NCBI GenBank assembly: GCA_032128875.1 | Contig: JAVLKG010000002.1 | Coordinates: 224,001 to 288,000, forward strand | From: Candidatus Melainabacteria bacterium 17Bon1m | Lineage (GTDB): Bacteria > Cyanobacteriota > Vampirovibrionia > Obscuribacterales > Obscuribacteraceae | Direction of reading: 5' to 3' | DNA: 64,000 nucleotides | Shown here: in pieces, positions 46,370 to 55,943 of the stretch | How positions within the stretch are numbered: the first letter of the stretch is position 1 | Layout of the letters: each line of letters opens with the position of its first letter | Made by a program: the position numbers and the translations under genes | The notes under the pieces: generated by a model | What the model was told of the DNA's origin: nothing | The model's input: only the letters and a program-made list of their open reading frames with translations | The model's database searches: none

Positions 46370-47757
46370 TTTCGCCTGAACGTTCGGCGCTGTTTTTCCT
46401 TCCGATAATTTTTCTCTCTGCATGCTCCGCTGATTCTGGAGAGTTGTCCGAGTCCCGCTGGCAGCAGGCCTATGAAAGCGGCATCGCTGCAAAAGACTCA
46501 GGCGATTTGGACAAAGCCGAAGAGAATTTCCGAGCTTCACTTGAGGCTTTGCATGGGCAACAGCCGACTCAGAAAACGGCTGATTCGAACTTGGCCCTGG
46601 CTAGTGTGCTTTTAGAAAAACATGATTGTGCCGCGGCGCTACCCAGTGCACAAGATGCGATGAATTTTTTTAAGGGGAAGTGGAAGCCACTAAAAGCCTC
46701 TTCTTCACTGGATGAGAGTGGCAAAAGTTATTTGAATTCGATGCTTGTTGTTGGCCGCGCACTGAATTGCCAACATCGTTATGCAGAGTCGTTGCCGCTG
46801 CTAAAGAGAATTCGCACGCTGCAAGAGCATGTCATTGTTCCTGTTAAATTCAATCATGATCTCAACGATGCCTTGAGGCAGGCTTTGGAAGCCGTTGGAG
46901 AAGACGCGGAAGCGCGTCGGTTGCGTGAAGAAATTCGCTCGACAGAGTCCTCGGCGGCTTCCGGTTATCTGGGAGACGTCAGTGCGTTACGCTATGATGA
47001 CGCTCTTAGGGAGGGTAAAAGCGCACTTCAAGGTGGCAATTTTGCGTCAGCGGAAAAGCTCTTGCAACAAGCTGTGGAGACTGCCAAAAAGGAAGACAGG
47101 CATTCTATGAAAACTGCCGAAGCATTGCTTTGGCTTGGAGATTTATATTCTTCAAAAGGGCGTTACGCAGTGGCAAAGCCAATGTTGGAAGAGGCTCTTT
47201 CCATTGCCCGAAAGAAGTTGCCGAAAAACGATCGTGATTTGAAGGACTATATGCAACGACTTGCTAGTGTTTGTGCGAATCAGAATGACTGGAAAAGAGC
47301 GATGGCACTGGATGAGGAAGCGTTGACTCTTATCTTTGCTGAAGAATATGGGCACGATAGACGCGCGCATCGCTCTAGAGATTTGATGGACGCGCTCATT
47401 GATATTTATAAGAAAGCGGGTTTGCTCGATAAAGCTGAGAAGATGGCGCATCGCAAAATCGCCATTGAGGAAGTGGCCTACGGCAAGGACAGTCGAAAAG
47501 TCGGTGTTAGCTTGTGCATGTTGGCGGAAGTCATGGCGCAGAAGAAGAACTTCAAAGAAGCTGAGAAATACTTCGAACAGTCACTCGAAATTTTGAAGAA
47601 CAACAGCAAGACTGATCCTCCCGAGCTGAGCAAAATTTTCAGGTCTTACGGCAACTATTTGGACAAAAAGGGCGATAAAGTGCGCGCAAAAAAATTGCGT
47701 GACGAAGAGGATGCTATGAACACTGAGTTTGTCGGCGATTTGAGCGGAAAAGAATAA
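46366..47757 (+). CDS. TPR-repeat lipoprotein
   Basis: Lipobox LSA-C; TPR repeats. Confidence 0.8.
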   Translation: MISPERSALFFLPIIFLSACSADSGELSESRWQQAYESGIAAKDSGDLDKAEENFRASLEALHGQQPTQKTADSNLALASVLLEKHDCAAALPSAQDAMNFFKGKWKPLKASSSLDESGKSYLNSMLVVGRALNCQHRYAESLPLLKRIRTLQEHVIVPVKFNHDLNDALRQALEAVGEDAEARRLREEIRSTESSAASGYLGDVSALRYDDALREGKSALQGGNFASAEKLLQQAVETAKKEDRHSMKTAEALLWLGDLYSSKGRYAVAKPMLEEALSIARKKLPKNDRDLKDYMQRLASVCANQNDWKRAMALDEEALTLIFAEEYGHDRRAHRSRDLMDALIDIYKKAGLLDKAEKMAHRKIAIEEVAYGKDSRKVGVSLCMLAEVMAQKKNFKEAEKYFEQSLEILKNNSKTDPPELSKIFRSYGNYLDKKGDKVRAKKLRDEEDAMNTEFVGDLSGKE

Positions 47758-47857
47758 GAAAAACGACCGTTGTCAAGCCCAGGACCGGCTTTGCGGTTGA
47801 TGATGGGGTCAACGGGGCATAAAAAGCAGGTCAGGCCATTTATAACGGGCGCTCATT

Positions 47858-49468
47858 ATGCTTAAAAAGACGAGTTTAGCATCCAAGACATTGCAGAAAC
47901 TTCCGGCTGCGCCAGGGCTTTCGGAGATTCACCACTTTCTGTCGGTAGCAATGGAGCAACGGGGGAGGCAGGTTGAGATCACCTGGGCAACGCCCGATAA
48001 AATGATGGATTTCTCGCTCAACATCCACTGCCCGATAAAAGGCGGCGATACCAACTGGAAGTTGTTCTTGGGGACTGGTCAAGGCGCTGAGCTTTTGTGG
48101 GATTACAGAAGTTGCGACGTGCTGCTCGTTTATAACCTGATTGTTTCCTCGTGCGGCGAAGTACACCAGAGCATTCAAGCTGAAGGTGCGATTACTGTCT
48201 CCGAGTCATTCCGCGACGCATCCAGAAAACGCGATACTTATTTCATGCAGGCAAGCCGGTCGCTCGGCGACGGTGATATGGCCAAGGTTTCGGCCGTAGG
48301 ATTGCAAGACAACTCCTGGTCAAAGGGCACGCAGGAGATGCAGGGCGAGCTGAGCCTTGTTCCGACATCAACATTGTTGCAGTCGATTTTGCTTTCCAAG
48401 ACTACCGGCAAACTTGTTATCAGCAGTCAGAAGGACAATGTACAGATTTATTTTGTCGAAGGTCGAGCCGTTTATGCGGAGGGGCTTGGACAGTCAGGCG
48501 ACGAGTGCTTGCTAGAACTGATGTCTCTGCGCGACGGCAAATACAACTTTGAGCCGCGTGCGCGTACAGAAAAGCAAAATGTGGTTACTGATCTCGAAAC
48601 TCTCATCGTTCGCGGTGTTCAGCTAACAGACAGCATCACTTATCTTCGTCACGCAGGAGTTGCGCCTGAATCGATTCTATTGAAGGCGCGCAAAGATACG
48701 ACTGAGTTTGAACTCTCTTCGAGCATCGAAGGCAATCAAGCAATCAACGGCGAAGCTATGCTTCAGCTCTACATAGCTATCGATGATCGCTCGATGCTCA
48801 AGCAGGTTACACGCATGGCCGAACTCAAAAAGAGTGAATGGGTGCCCGTGTTGTGTCACTTGATTGAGAAGGACTTTGTTACGTTCTCCAATGAGCACGT
48901 TAAATCGAAAAGTGAAAGATCAAACCTGCAGGGCAAGCAGATTGATACGTCCCTCATTCACAGTGTGATGATGACCTTGCGTCGACCAGAAACCGGCATG
49001 TTCACTTATCCGGCGTTCTTGTACTTCTTAGAGCAAGAATATTTTCGAGCATATCGCTCCAGTAGCCCTCTTTCGATTATTCTCTTGGAGATGCGCTTGG
49101 TTGGTGCACCACCCAATTTTGGACGTGATCCGTTGGACGTCGGAGCGGCGGCTGAAGCCTTCCGTCGTATCAGCAAAATCAAACGACATATCGATATGGT
49201 TTGCCACTATGACACTTATGATTATGGTCTGATTTTGCCGAATACAAGGACCGCCGGTGCCAACATATTTGCTCGCAGAATTTTGAAAGCACTAACGAGT
49301 GCGCCGCTACCTGGTATAGATAACAATCGACTCTCAATTGTTATGGGCATCGCCACAGTCCCTGATGATTGTGTCGACCTGGCCGTGTTGCTTTCGGCAG
49401 CAGAAGCTGCCAAATCGCAAGCGGTGAAAACGGTATCGCCTATAGTGCTCTATCAGGATGTTGTTTAA
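47858..49468 (+). CDS. DUF4388 (PatA-N-like) domain plus degenerate GGDEF domain protein
   Basis: MQGELS...LLQ...KTTGKL...IYFVEGRAVYA; ETG...E..RA.R...PLSIILL, RHID, IVMGIA. Confidence 0.75.
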   Translation: MLKKTSLASKTLQKLPAAPGLSEIHHFLSVAMEQRGRQVEITWATPDKMMDFSLNIHCPIKGGDTNWKLFLGTGQGAELLWDYRSCDVLLVYNLIVSSCGEVHQSIQAEGAITVSESFRDASRKRDTYFMQASRSLGDGDMAKVSAVGLQDNSWSKGTQEMQGELSLVPTSTLLQSILLSKTTGKLVISSQKDNVQIYFVEGRAVYAEGLGQSGDECLLELMSLRDGKYNFEPRARTEKQNVVTDLETLIVRGVQLTDSITYLRHAGVAPESILLKARKDTTEFELSSSIEGNQAINGEAMLQLYIAIDDRSMLKQVTRMAELKKSEWVPVLCHLIEKDFVTFSNEHVKSKSERSNLQGKQIDTSLIHSVMMTLRRPETGMFTYPAFLYFLEQEYFRAYRSSSPLSIILLEMRLVGAPPNFGRDPLDVGAAAEAFRRISKIKRHIDMVCHYDTYDYGLILPNTRTAGANIFARRILKALTSAPLPGIDNNRLSIVMGIATVPDDCVDLAVLLSAAEAAKSQAVKTVSPIVLYQDVV

Positions 49469-49519
49469 ACATTCTGAGCAGGAAAACCTTTAGAACAGAC
49501 CAAAGAGGAATGGCACCAG

Positions 49520-50101
49520 ATGCCCAAGGTAACTAACCAACTCGGTTTGCTTTTGCTGGAATCCGGCTTTCTCACAGATGAAGACATTGAGGCAGCTGAA
49601 AAACGCGCATCCTCGACGGGTCTTCCGCTTGGCCGTATGCTTGTTTTAAGCGACAAAATTGATGAGAAACTATTGGAACAAGTGCTGGAGACAATGATCC
49701 ACCTTCGAGATAATGCGATGTTCACTGAAGGTGATGCGCTAGAGGTTCTCGGAATGCTCAAGAGTGCGAAGGATGGAACAATCAAGGACGTGGATCAGGC
49801 GCAGCTCAGAGCGTTCTTTTCAAAGAAAGGTCGTCAAATGCGTGTAGGAGAGCTTCTCGTGCGTTCCGGTTTGGTCACCGACACCGATGTTATGAACGCA
49901 GTCGAAGAGGGGCTTGCAACACGCCGGAAGGTTGGACAGGTTCTCGTCGGCAATTCGTACACTACCAACGAAGCAGTCGACATGGCACTGAGTTTGTTGG
50001 ACGGTGTTCGCTCTGGCGATATTGATGTTTCCGAAGCTGCGAAGAATTTGCGCGAAGCACACAGCTATCCTGAGACGGATGAAGATGAAGACGACAAATG
50101 A
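49520..50101 (+). CDS. Stand-alone protein with tandem MshEN-like motifs
   Basis: QLGLLLLESGFLT...PLGRMLV and RVGELLVRSGLVT...KVGQVLV. Confidence 0.7.
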   Translation: MPKVTNQLGLLLLESGFLTDEDIEAAEKRASSTGLPLGRMLVLSDKIDEKLLEQVLETMIHLRDNAMFTEGDALEVLGMLKSAKDGTIKDVDQAQLRAFFSKKGRQMRVGELLVRSGLVTDTDVMNAVEEGLATRRKVGQVLVGNSYTTNEAVDMALSLLDGVRSGDIDVSEAAKNLREAHSYPETDEDEDDK

Positions 50102-50152
50102 TTTTGCGCTCGCATTTCGTTTTTAGAGCGAGCCGATTATTCAAGAAACTAA

Positions 50153-50179
50153 CAAGCTCCCCTCACTGAGGGGAGCTTG
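50153..50179. terminator. Hairpin terminator between convergent genes
   Basis: CAAGCTCCCCTC-ACT-GAGGGGAGCTTG. Confidence 0.7.
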
Positions 50180-50208
50180 CTGTTTCCACGAGTTCACGCA
50201 GTGTGGAA

Positions 50209-50991
50209 TTAATTCCAGCCTCTGTAGCCACCGTATCCACCATAGCCATTGCCGTATGCGGTCGGGTAGTTAGGTGTGCGGAGGGCCGATGCGATCAGAC
50301 TGTCGAGTTTTCTCAGACTGTCGTTCATCTTATCGAATTCTTTGTCATCAAATCTGTTGTTGCTGCGAGCAAGTCTGTCGAGCTTTTTCTCTTGATCTGC
50401 GAGACGATCTTTGAACAGGTTGTACTCATTAATAGAAAGACGACGTTGCAATTTTCCTGTCTCGACTTTGCTGCGCATATTGCTGATATCGTTGCGCACT
50501 TGTGTCACAGCAGACATGAAACGCCTGTTGTTGAATCTGTCACCGAATCTGCCACCGAATCTATCGTCAAAGCGATTGCCATATCCCCAGCCACCAGGTG
50601 CGGTGGCAATAAAGCGGTCGACACGATTGTCTATGCTGGCGAATCTATCGGTCAGTGTACGGGCTTCCGATACACTCAGGTATCCATCAGCTTCGTATGA
50701 TGCTTGAAGATTTACCAGCCCTGCCAATTCGGTGCGCAGGGAAGCAGCTTGTGATGCGTTGATTCTTCCGGACGTGAGAGCGTATGAAATGTTTGCTTCG
50801 ATCTCATTGCGTTTGCTTTGGAAGTGAGTGCGTGCGAACGATTGTGGGTTGCGGAGATTGGTGACGTTTACACCGAGCGTGTTTTGAAAGAAGTCGACCA
50901 GATCATTTGCATGTGATGGTTGTACGAAAGTAAATGCCGAGGCAATTGCTATAAGTGATGCAGCTCCAGCCAGTTTTTTCGAAATACGCAT
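50209..50991 (-). CDS. Secreted hypothetical protein with two helical repeats and RF-Gly/Asp repeats
   Basis: GGAGGA RBS, MRISKK signal peptide ending SHA; RFDDRFGGRFGDRFNNRRF. Confidence 0.75.
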   Translation of the reverse strand: MRISKKLAGAASLIAIASAFTFVQPSHANDLVDFFQNTLGVNVTNLRNPQSFARTHFQSKRNEIEANISYALTSGRINASQAASLRTELAGLVNLQASYEADGYLSVSEARTLTDRFASIDNRVDRFIATAPGGWGYGNRFDDRFGGRFGDRFNNRRFMSAVTQVRNDISNMRSKVETGKLQRRLSINEYNLFKDRLADQEKKLDRLARSNNRFDDKEFDKMNDSLRKLDSLIASALRTPNYPTAYGNGYGGYGGYRGWN

Positions 50992-51265
50992 AATTCCTCC
51001 TCCGTCCAAAGGCTTCGCTACAGAAGCTTCAAACGGTGTAATTGTGTTGTGTAAGGCGCGCTCAAATCGGCGATGAGTAAATTGACGACCTTCCAAATTT
51101 TTGGTTCCCAACAGGTGCCGGGCTGTGGTGCGTAACCTAAAAATGTGATTATTACTAGGCTTTTCAGTCTTCCGTTTCACAAAATGAAGTCTGCTTTTGA
51201 GTACAATTCTTTCTCCAACCAATTAATTAGCGTCTAGAAGCAGATTTGAACGGAAAAATTCAATA

Positions 51266-53242
51266 ATGAACACAACTCTCACCGATGTAATCTGGCAACC
51301 CAAGGGCGAATACCTCGAATGTCGTGCAGCAGACTTCATCAAGAAGCACGACCTAAAAGATTGGAAGGACCTTATCAAGAGATCGACCGACGACATTGAA
51401 TGGTTCTGGACGGCGGCACTTGATTACATGGGAATGCGCTTCAATCGCAAGTATGACCGCATTCTCGACATGTCAAAAGGTATGGAATGGGCGCAGTGGT
51501 TCGTTGGCGGTGAGCTGAACATCTACGACAACTGCATCGACTGGCATTTGAAAAAAGGACAAAAGGAAGGTGTTCGAACCAGCGTCGGCGCCGATCACGA
51601 GGCTGTGATCTGGGAAGGCGAAGACGGAAGAATTCGCAAGCTGACTTATGGCGAATTGGACGAAATGGCATCGCGCACAGCTGGACTGTTGAAGCGCCTT
51701 GGCGTGGGCAAAGGTGATGCAGTAGGCATGTACATGCCGATGGTTCCTGAAGTGGTCGCTGTTCTTCTGGCTTGCTTCAAGATTGGTGCAGTCGCGGTTC
51801 CAGTATTCTCTGGATTCGGTGCAGAAGCGCTTCGCAGCCGTCTTGAAGATTCCGAAGCAAAAGTACTTTTCACTGCAGACGGCGGTTCGCGTCGCGGCAA
51901 ACTCATTCCTATTAAAGAGAATGCGGACAAAGCAGTAGAAGGTCTCGCTCATCTGAAGCACACCGTCGTTCTGAAACACATGGGCAATTCCGTTGCCTGG
52001 AACGACAAGACGGACCTCTGGTTTGACGAATCAATCAAAGCCAGCGAGCGTGCTGAAACTGTTAAAGATCTACCTGCAGAACATCCTTCTATGTATTTGT
52101 ATACGTCGGGCACGACAGGCAAACCGAAGGGGACTGTTCATACGCATGCCGGTGCATTGGCGCAAATCTCGAAAGAACTCGGATTTTCATTCGACTTGAA
52201 GTCTTCCGATATCTTTTTCTGGTTTAGCGATATCGGCTGGATGATGGGACCTTGGGAAATTATCGGCGTCACTTTCTGGGGTGGCACCATGGTGATTTGC
52301 GAAGGAACACCTATTTATCCTCAGCCCGATCGTCTCTGGGACATGATCGACAGGCATAAGGTAAACACGCTCGGCATCAGCCCCACTGCTGTTCGCGGAA
52401 TGAAAGCAGAAGGCGATCAGTGGGTGGACAAACACGATCTCTCGAGTTTGAGATTGCTCGGGTCCACTGGTGAACCATGGGATCACGATAGTTACATGTG
52501 GCTTTTCGAAAAAGCGGGCAAGAAGAAATGCCCGATCATGAACATCTCGGGTGGAACAGAAATTGTCGGCGGTCTGCTTACTCCGCTGCCGCTTATGCCG
52601 CTCAAGCCATGCTCTCTGGGTGGACCCGGGCTGGCGATGGACATTGATGTATTCGATGAAGATGGAAAGAGTTTGAAGAATGCCATCGGACATCTCGTGT
52701 GCAAGAAGCCGGGACCCTCGATGACTAAAGGTTTTCTCAAGTCGCCCGAACGTTATATAGAGACCTATTTCAGCAAATTCCCAGGCGTCTGGTATCACGG
52801 CGATTGGGCTAAAGTTGATGATGATGGATCTTGGTTCCTCTATGGTCGCTCGGATGACACTATCAAGGTTGCTGGAAAGCGTGTTGGACCGGGAGAAGTT
52901 GAATCAGTTCTTGTTGAACACGCAGGAATCGCAGAGGCGGCAGTCATTGGCGTCCCTCACGAAATGAAAGGTGAGGCTCTAGTTTGTTTCGTGCGCACAA
53001 TGCCGGGACAAGAAGCGACTGAAACGTTGAAGAATGAATTGAAGTCTCTCGTTGGAGAGCGCCTTGGTTCGGTTCTCAAGCCAGAGAAAATTCACTTTGT
53101 CGCAGCACTTCCAAAGACACGTTCTGGAAAAATCGTGCGCAAGAACATTCGCCTTCAATATTTGGGCGAACCTGTCGGCGATCTCTCGTCGATAGAGAAT
53201 CCCGAAGCGCTGGATGCGATTAAGGAACTCGCCGGTAAGTAA
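51266..53242 (+). CDS. Acetyl-CoA synthetase-like AMP-forming acyl-CoA ligase
   Basis: YTSGTTGKPKG, SGGTE, GD, GRSDD, LPKTRSGKI. Confidence 0.92.
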   Translation: MNTTLTDVIWQPKGEYLECRAADFIKKHDLKDWKDLIKRSTDDIEWFWTAALDYMGMRFNRKYDRILDMSKGMEWAQWFVGGELNIYDNCIDWHLKKGQKEGVRTSVGADHEAVIWEGEDGRIRKLTYGELDEMASRTAGLLKRLGVGKGDAVGMYMPMVPEVVAVLLACFKIGAVAVPVFSGFGAEALRSRLEDSEAKVLFTADGGSRRGKLIPIKENADKAVEGLAHLKHTVVLKHMGNSVAWNDKTDLWFDESIKASERAETVKDLPAEHPSMYLYTSGTTGKPKGTVHTHAGALAQISKELGFSFDLKSSDIFFWFSDIGWMMGPWEIIGVTFWGGTMVICEGTPIYPQPDRLWDMIDRHKVNTLGISPTAVRGMKAEGDQWVDKHDLSSLRLLGSTGEPWDHDSYMWLFEKAGKKKCPIMNISGGTEIVGGLLTPLPLMPLKPCSLGGPGLAMDIDVFDEDGKSLKNAIGHLVCKKPGPSMTKGFLKSPERYIETYFSKFPGVWYHGDWAKVDDDGSWFLYGRSDDTIKVAGKRVGPGEVESVLVEHAGIAEAAVIGVPHEMKGEALVCFVRTMPGQEATETLKNELKSLVGERLGSVLKPEKIHFVAALPKTRSGKIVRKNIRLQYLGEPVGDLSSIENPEALDAIKELAGK

Positions 53243-53315
53243 TAGCCAGAGCTTCTAAATTGCCCTGTTTTTCAGAGGCAAGATCTACATTTACTTGTGG
53301 CTTTTCCTTATGGAG

Positions 53316-53990
53316 TTAGTCAGTTGTTAACTCCTGGGTGTTGACAAGTCCGTATCTCAGGGCCTTGACAGCTGCTTGCGTCCGGTCGGAGACTGCCAGT
53401 TTATCCATCAAATGTCTGACGTGAGTCTTTACTGTTTCTTTGGATATCTTTAGTTTTTCAGCAATAGCCTGATTGGAGAACCCCTCAACGATCAGCTGCA
53501 ATACTTGACTCTCTCGATCGGAAAGTTCTGCGTAAATTGGTTTTCTTTGACCAGACTTCGGTTTTGACCTTGGCAGTAAGTTCAAAACCTTTTGCGCAAT
53601 TGAGGAGTCTAACCAGAGATCTCCACAGATTACGGCGTTAACAGCTGCTTCTAGTCTGTTGAAATCGGCATCCTTGAGACAATATCCATTAGCTCCAGCT
53701 GCCAATGCTGCGAAGATATCTCGATCGTCGTCATGCGAAGTGAGCATGATGATCTTAAGGTCGCTACGCCTTTCCTTAAGCGCGCTGCAGGCTTCTATCC
53801 CATCCATCACAGGCATGCCGACGTCGAGCAAAATTAGGTCCGGGGAGTATCTGGATTCAACCCTCATTGCTTCCATTCCATCAGCCGCTTCGAAGATTTG
53901 TCCGATGTTTTCGCTTTGCTCAAACAGTTCTCTGAGGCCTGCTCTGAGGTTTGCGTCATCGTCAACTATTAATATCGTTGTTTTTGACAT
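53316..53990 (-). CDS. NarL/LuxR-family response regulator
   Basis: Receiver domain plus LSDRE...GFSNQAIA...TVKTHV HTH. Confidence 0.93.
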   Translation of the reverse strand: MSKTTILIVDDDANLRAGLRELFEQSENIGQIFEAADGMEAMRVESRYSPDLILLDVGMPVMDGIEACSALKERRSDLKIIMLTSHDDDRDIFAALAAGANGYCLKDADFNRLEAAVNAVICGDLWLDSSIAQKVLNLLPRSKPKSGQRKPIYAELSDRESQVLQLIVEGFSNQAIAEKLKISKETVKTHVRHLMDKLAVSDRTQAAVKALRYGLVNTQELTTD

Positions 53991-53996
53991 TTCCTA

Positions 53997-55829
53997 TTAA
54001 CCACTTGAATCGGAACCAATCTGCTCGTAAGTTTTTTGACATTGTCCTTGTTCAGTGTCAACAACAACATCATCATCATCATCATCAATATCTTCTTCTT
54101 CTAAGTGTGGGAAGCTGACAGTGAAGGTTGTTCCACTGCCTTCTTCACTTTGGAAACTGATATTTCCTCCAAGGGCTTCAGTAATCTGTTTGCATAGATA
54201 GAGCCCAATACCGGTTCCGCCAGATGACTTTTGACCGAGTTCTCCCTGCCAGTACGGCGTAAAAAGACGTTCTTTGTCTGCTTCCGATATGCTTGGACCG
54301 AAGTTTTGAACTGCAATACTCACGCTCGTCTCAGACTTTGTCACCTGTATTGGAACTTTGCTGCCTGAGCGAGAGAACTTAATGGAATTCTCCAACAGAT
54401 TCGTGATCAGGTGCGAAAGTGCCGATTTATCGGCGATAACGATAATATCGTCAGAGTTTGTCACCAAGGCAATGCTGACATTGTTCAACTGGCAGCGATG
54501 CGCGAGTTTTTTTATTATTTCATCAATCAATTCCACTATCTGCACAGGCTGCATAGAAAGGATTTCTTTGCCTCCTCGGTACTTTGCTATCTCCAGCATG
54601 TTTTTCACCATACTCAGTGCATTTTCATTGCTGTCTTTCAAACGCAGCATTAGTTCGCTTGCGCCATTTGCGTTCGAGCCGAGTTTCTTCTGTACTGCCT
54701 GAATAATGTAGTTGGAAGCTATCAACGGACTTTTGAGATCATGTGCAATAGTCTGTTGTATTACTTCCTTGTGATGCGAGAGAATCGTTTTTTCAGAGAT
54801 GTCTTCGATCATAATGATCACGCTGCGTACTTTGGAATCTTCTACTATTGGCCAGGCTGCTAGATCCCAATAGACTTTTCGCCCGCAGTGTTTTCCGAAA
54901 CGAGTAAAATACAGACCTTTTAAGATTGCCGGTCTTCCCGATTTTACAGTCTCAATCAATTTTTCTTTAGGCATCTCGGGCAACAATTCCCATATTGATG
55001 TACCGGCTGGAAAGTCCACATCAACAAGGAAGTTTTCGAAAACGCCATTTACCTCTTGAATCCTGAACTCCGTATCGAGCTGAAGGATCCCGATTGGCGC
55101 GTGTTTCACAATCTCCCGCGAGACGCTCTGCTCTACCAGTAATGCTTTCTTTGAAGCGTAGATGTATTTTTGAAGTAAAAATGTGAGAGGCACAACGAAT
55201 AGAAAAATGAAACCTCCCAAGCACAGGAAGGTAATGGATGTTCTTTCTGTATTGTTTTTGTATTCCGTGAGCCTCTGTTTCAGCAGTTCCCTCTCCTCGA
55301 CATCAATGATAATGAGTCGGCCCCTCATCACCTCGAGAAGTTTTTGCGATTTGCTGAGATTGTCGGTTGCATTTACTTCGTTGCCGTTGTGTTTTTCTTT
55401 GACTGCAGCATCAAGTGTTTTTTGAAACTTTTGAGCGACTAGTTCAAGATAGGTAAGGTGCCATCTTCTCCAACCTTCGTCATCACCGATTCGCTTTATG
55501 TGCTGAATGCACTGCTCCAGGGTTGCCCTGTCGGATGTGTAGCGGCTTTCCGCTCCCACAAAACCTCTTGTTACATAGGTTTCTGCCTGTAACTGCATGT
55601 CGTTCATTGTTGACACGCTGGTTTGCAGATAGCCCAGAAGTTCTTGCGATTTGTCTATACTCTCGGCTGTTTCCATCGCTCGAGAAGCGAAAAAGTATGC
55701 CGACATGGCAGCGATTGTGACCAGAAAGAAAGTGACAACGACGGTCACTATCAGACTCTTCTCTGGCGCACGCAGCAGTCCGCCGAATCCCGGTAGTCCA
55801 GTGTTTGCATTGGTGGCGCGAATTAACAT
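53997..55829 (-). CDS. Sensor histidine kinase (CHASE3-like sensor, PAS, HisKA, HATPase)
   Basis: Two TM segments, IAHDLKSPL, NLLENSIKF, GTGIGL, GTTF. Confidence 0.92.
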   Translation of the reverse strand: MLIRATNANTGLPGFGGLLRAPEKSLIVTVVVTFFLVTIAAMSAYFFASRAMETAESIDKSQELLGYLQTSVSTMNDMQLQAETYVTRGFVGAESRYTSDRATLEQCIQHIKRIGDDEGWRRWHLTYLELVAQKFQKTLDAAVKEKHNGNEVNATDNLSKSQKLLEVMRGRLIIIDVEERELLKQRLTEYKNNTERTSITFLCLGGFIFLFVVPLTFLLQKYIYASKKALLVEQSVSREIVKHAPIGILQLDTEFRIQEVNGVFENFLVDVDFPAGTSIWELLPEMPKEKLIETVKSGRPAILKGLYFTRFGKHCGRKVYWDLAAWPIVEDSKVRSVIIMIEDISEKTILSHHKEVIQQTIAHDLKSPLIASNYIIQAVQKKLGSNANGASELMLRLKDSNENALSMVKNMLEIAKYRGGKEILSMQPVQIVELIDEIIKKLAHRCQLNNVSIALVTNSDDIIVIADKSALSHLITNLLENSIKFSRSGSKVPIQVTKSETSVSIAVQNFGPSISEADKERLFTPYWQGELGQKSSGGTGIGLYLCKQITEALGGNISFQSEEGSGTTFTVSFPHLEEEDIDDDDDDVVVDTEQGQCQKTYEQIGSDSSG

Positions 55830-55885
55830 TTTATGTGCTGCAGGTCACTCCTCTTACCTCATTTTATAGCTCGGTATCTGAGGAA

Positions 55886-55919
55886 ACCAAAAACGCTCCT
55901 CCCGGGGAGCGTTTTTGGT
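55886..55919. terminator. Bidirectional intrinsic terminator
   Basis: ACCAAAAACGCTCC-N6-GGAGCGTTTTTGGT. Confidence 0.8.
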
Positions 55920-55943
55920 ATGCGACGGAGTATACTTCTTCCA

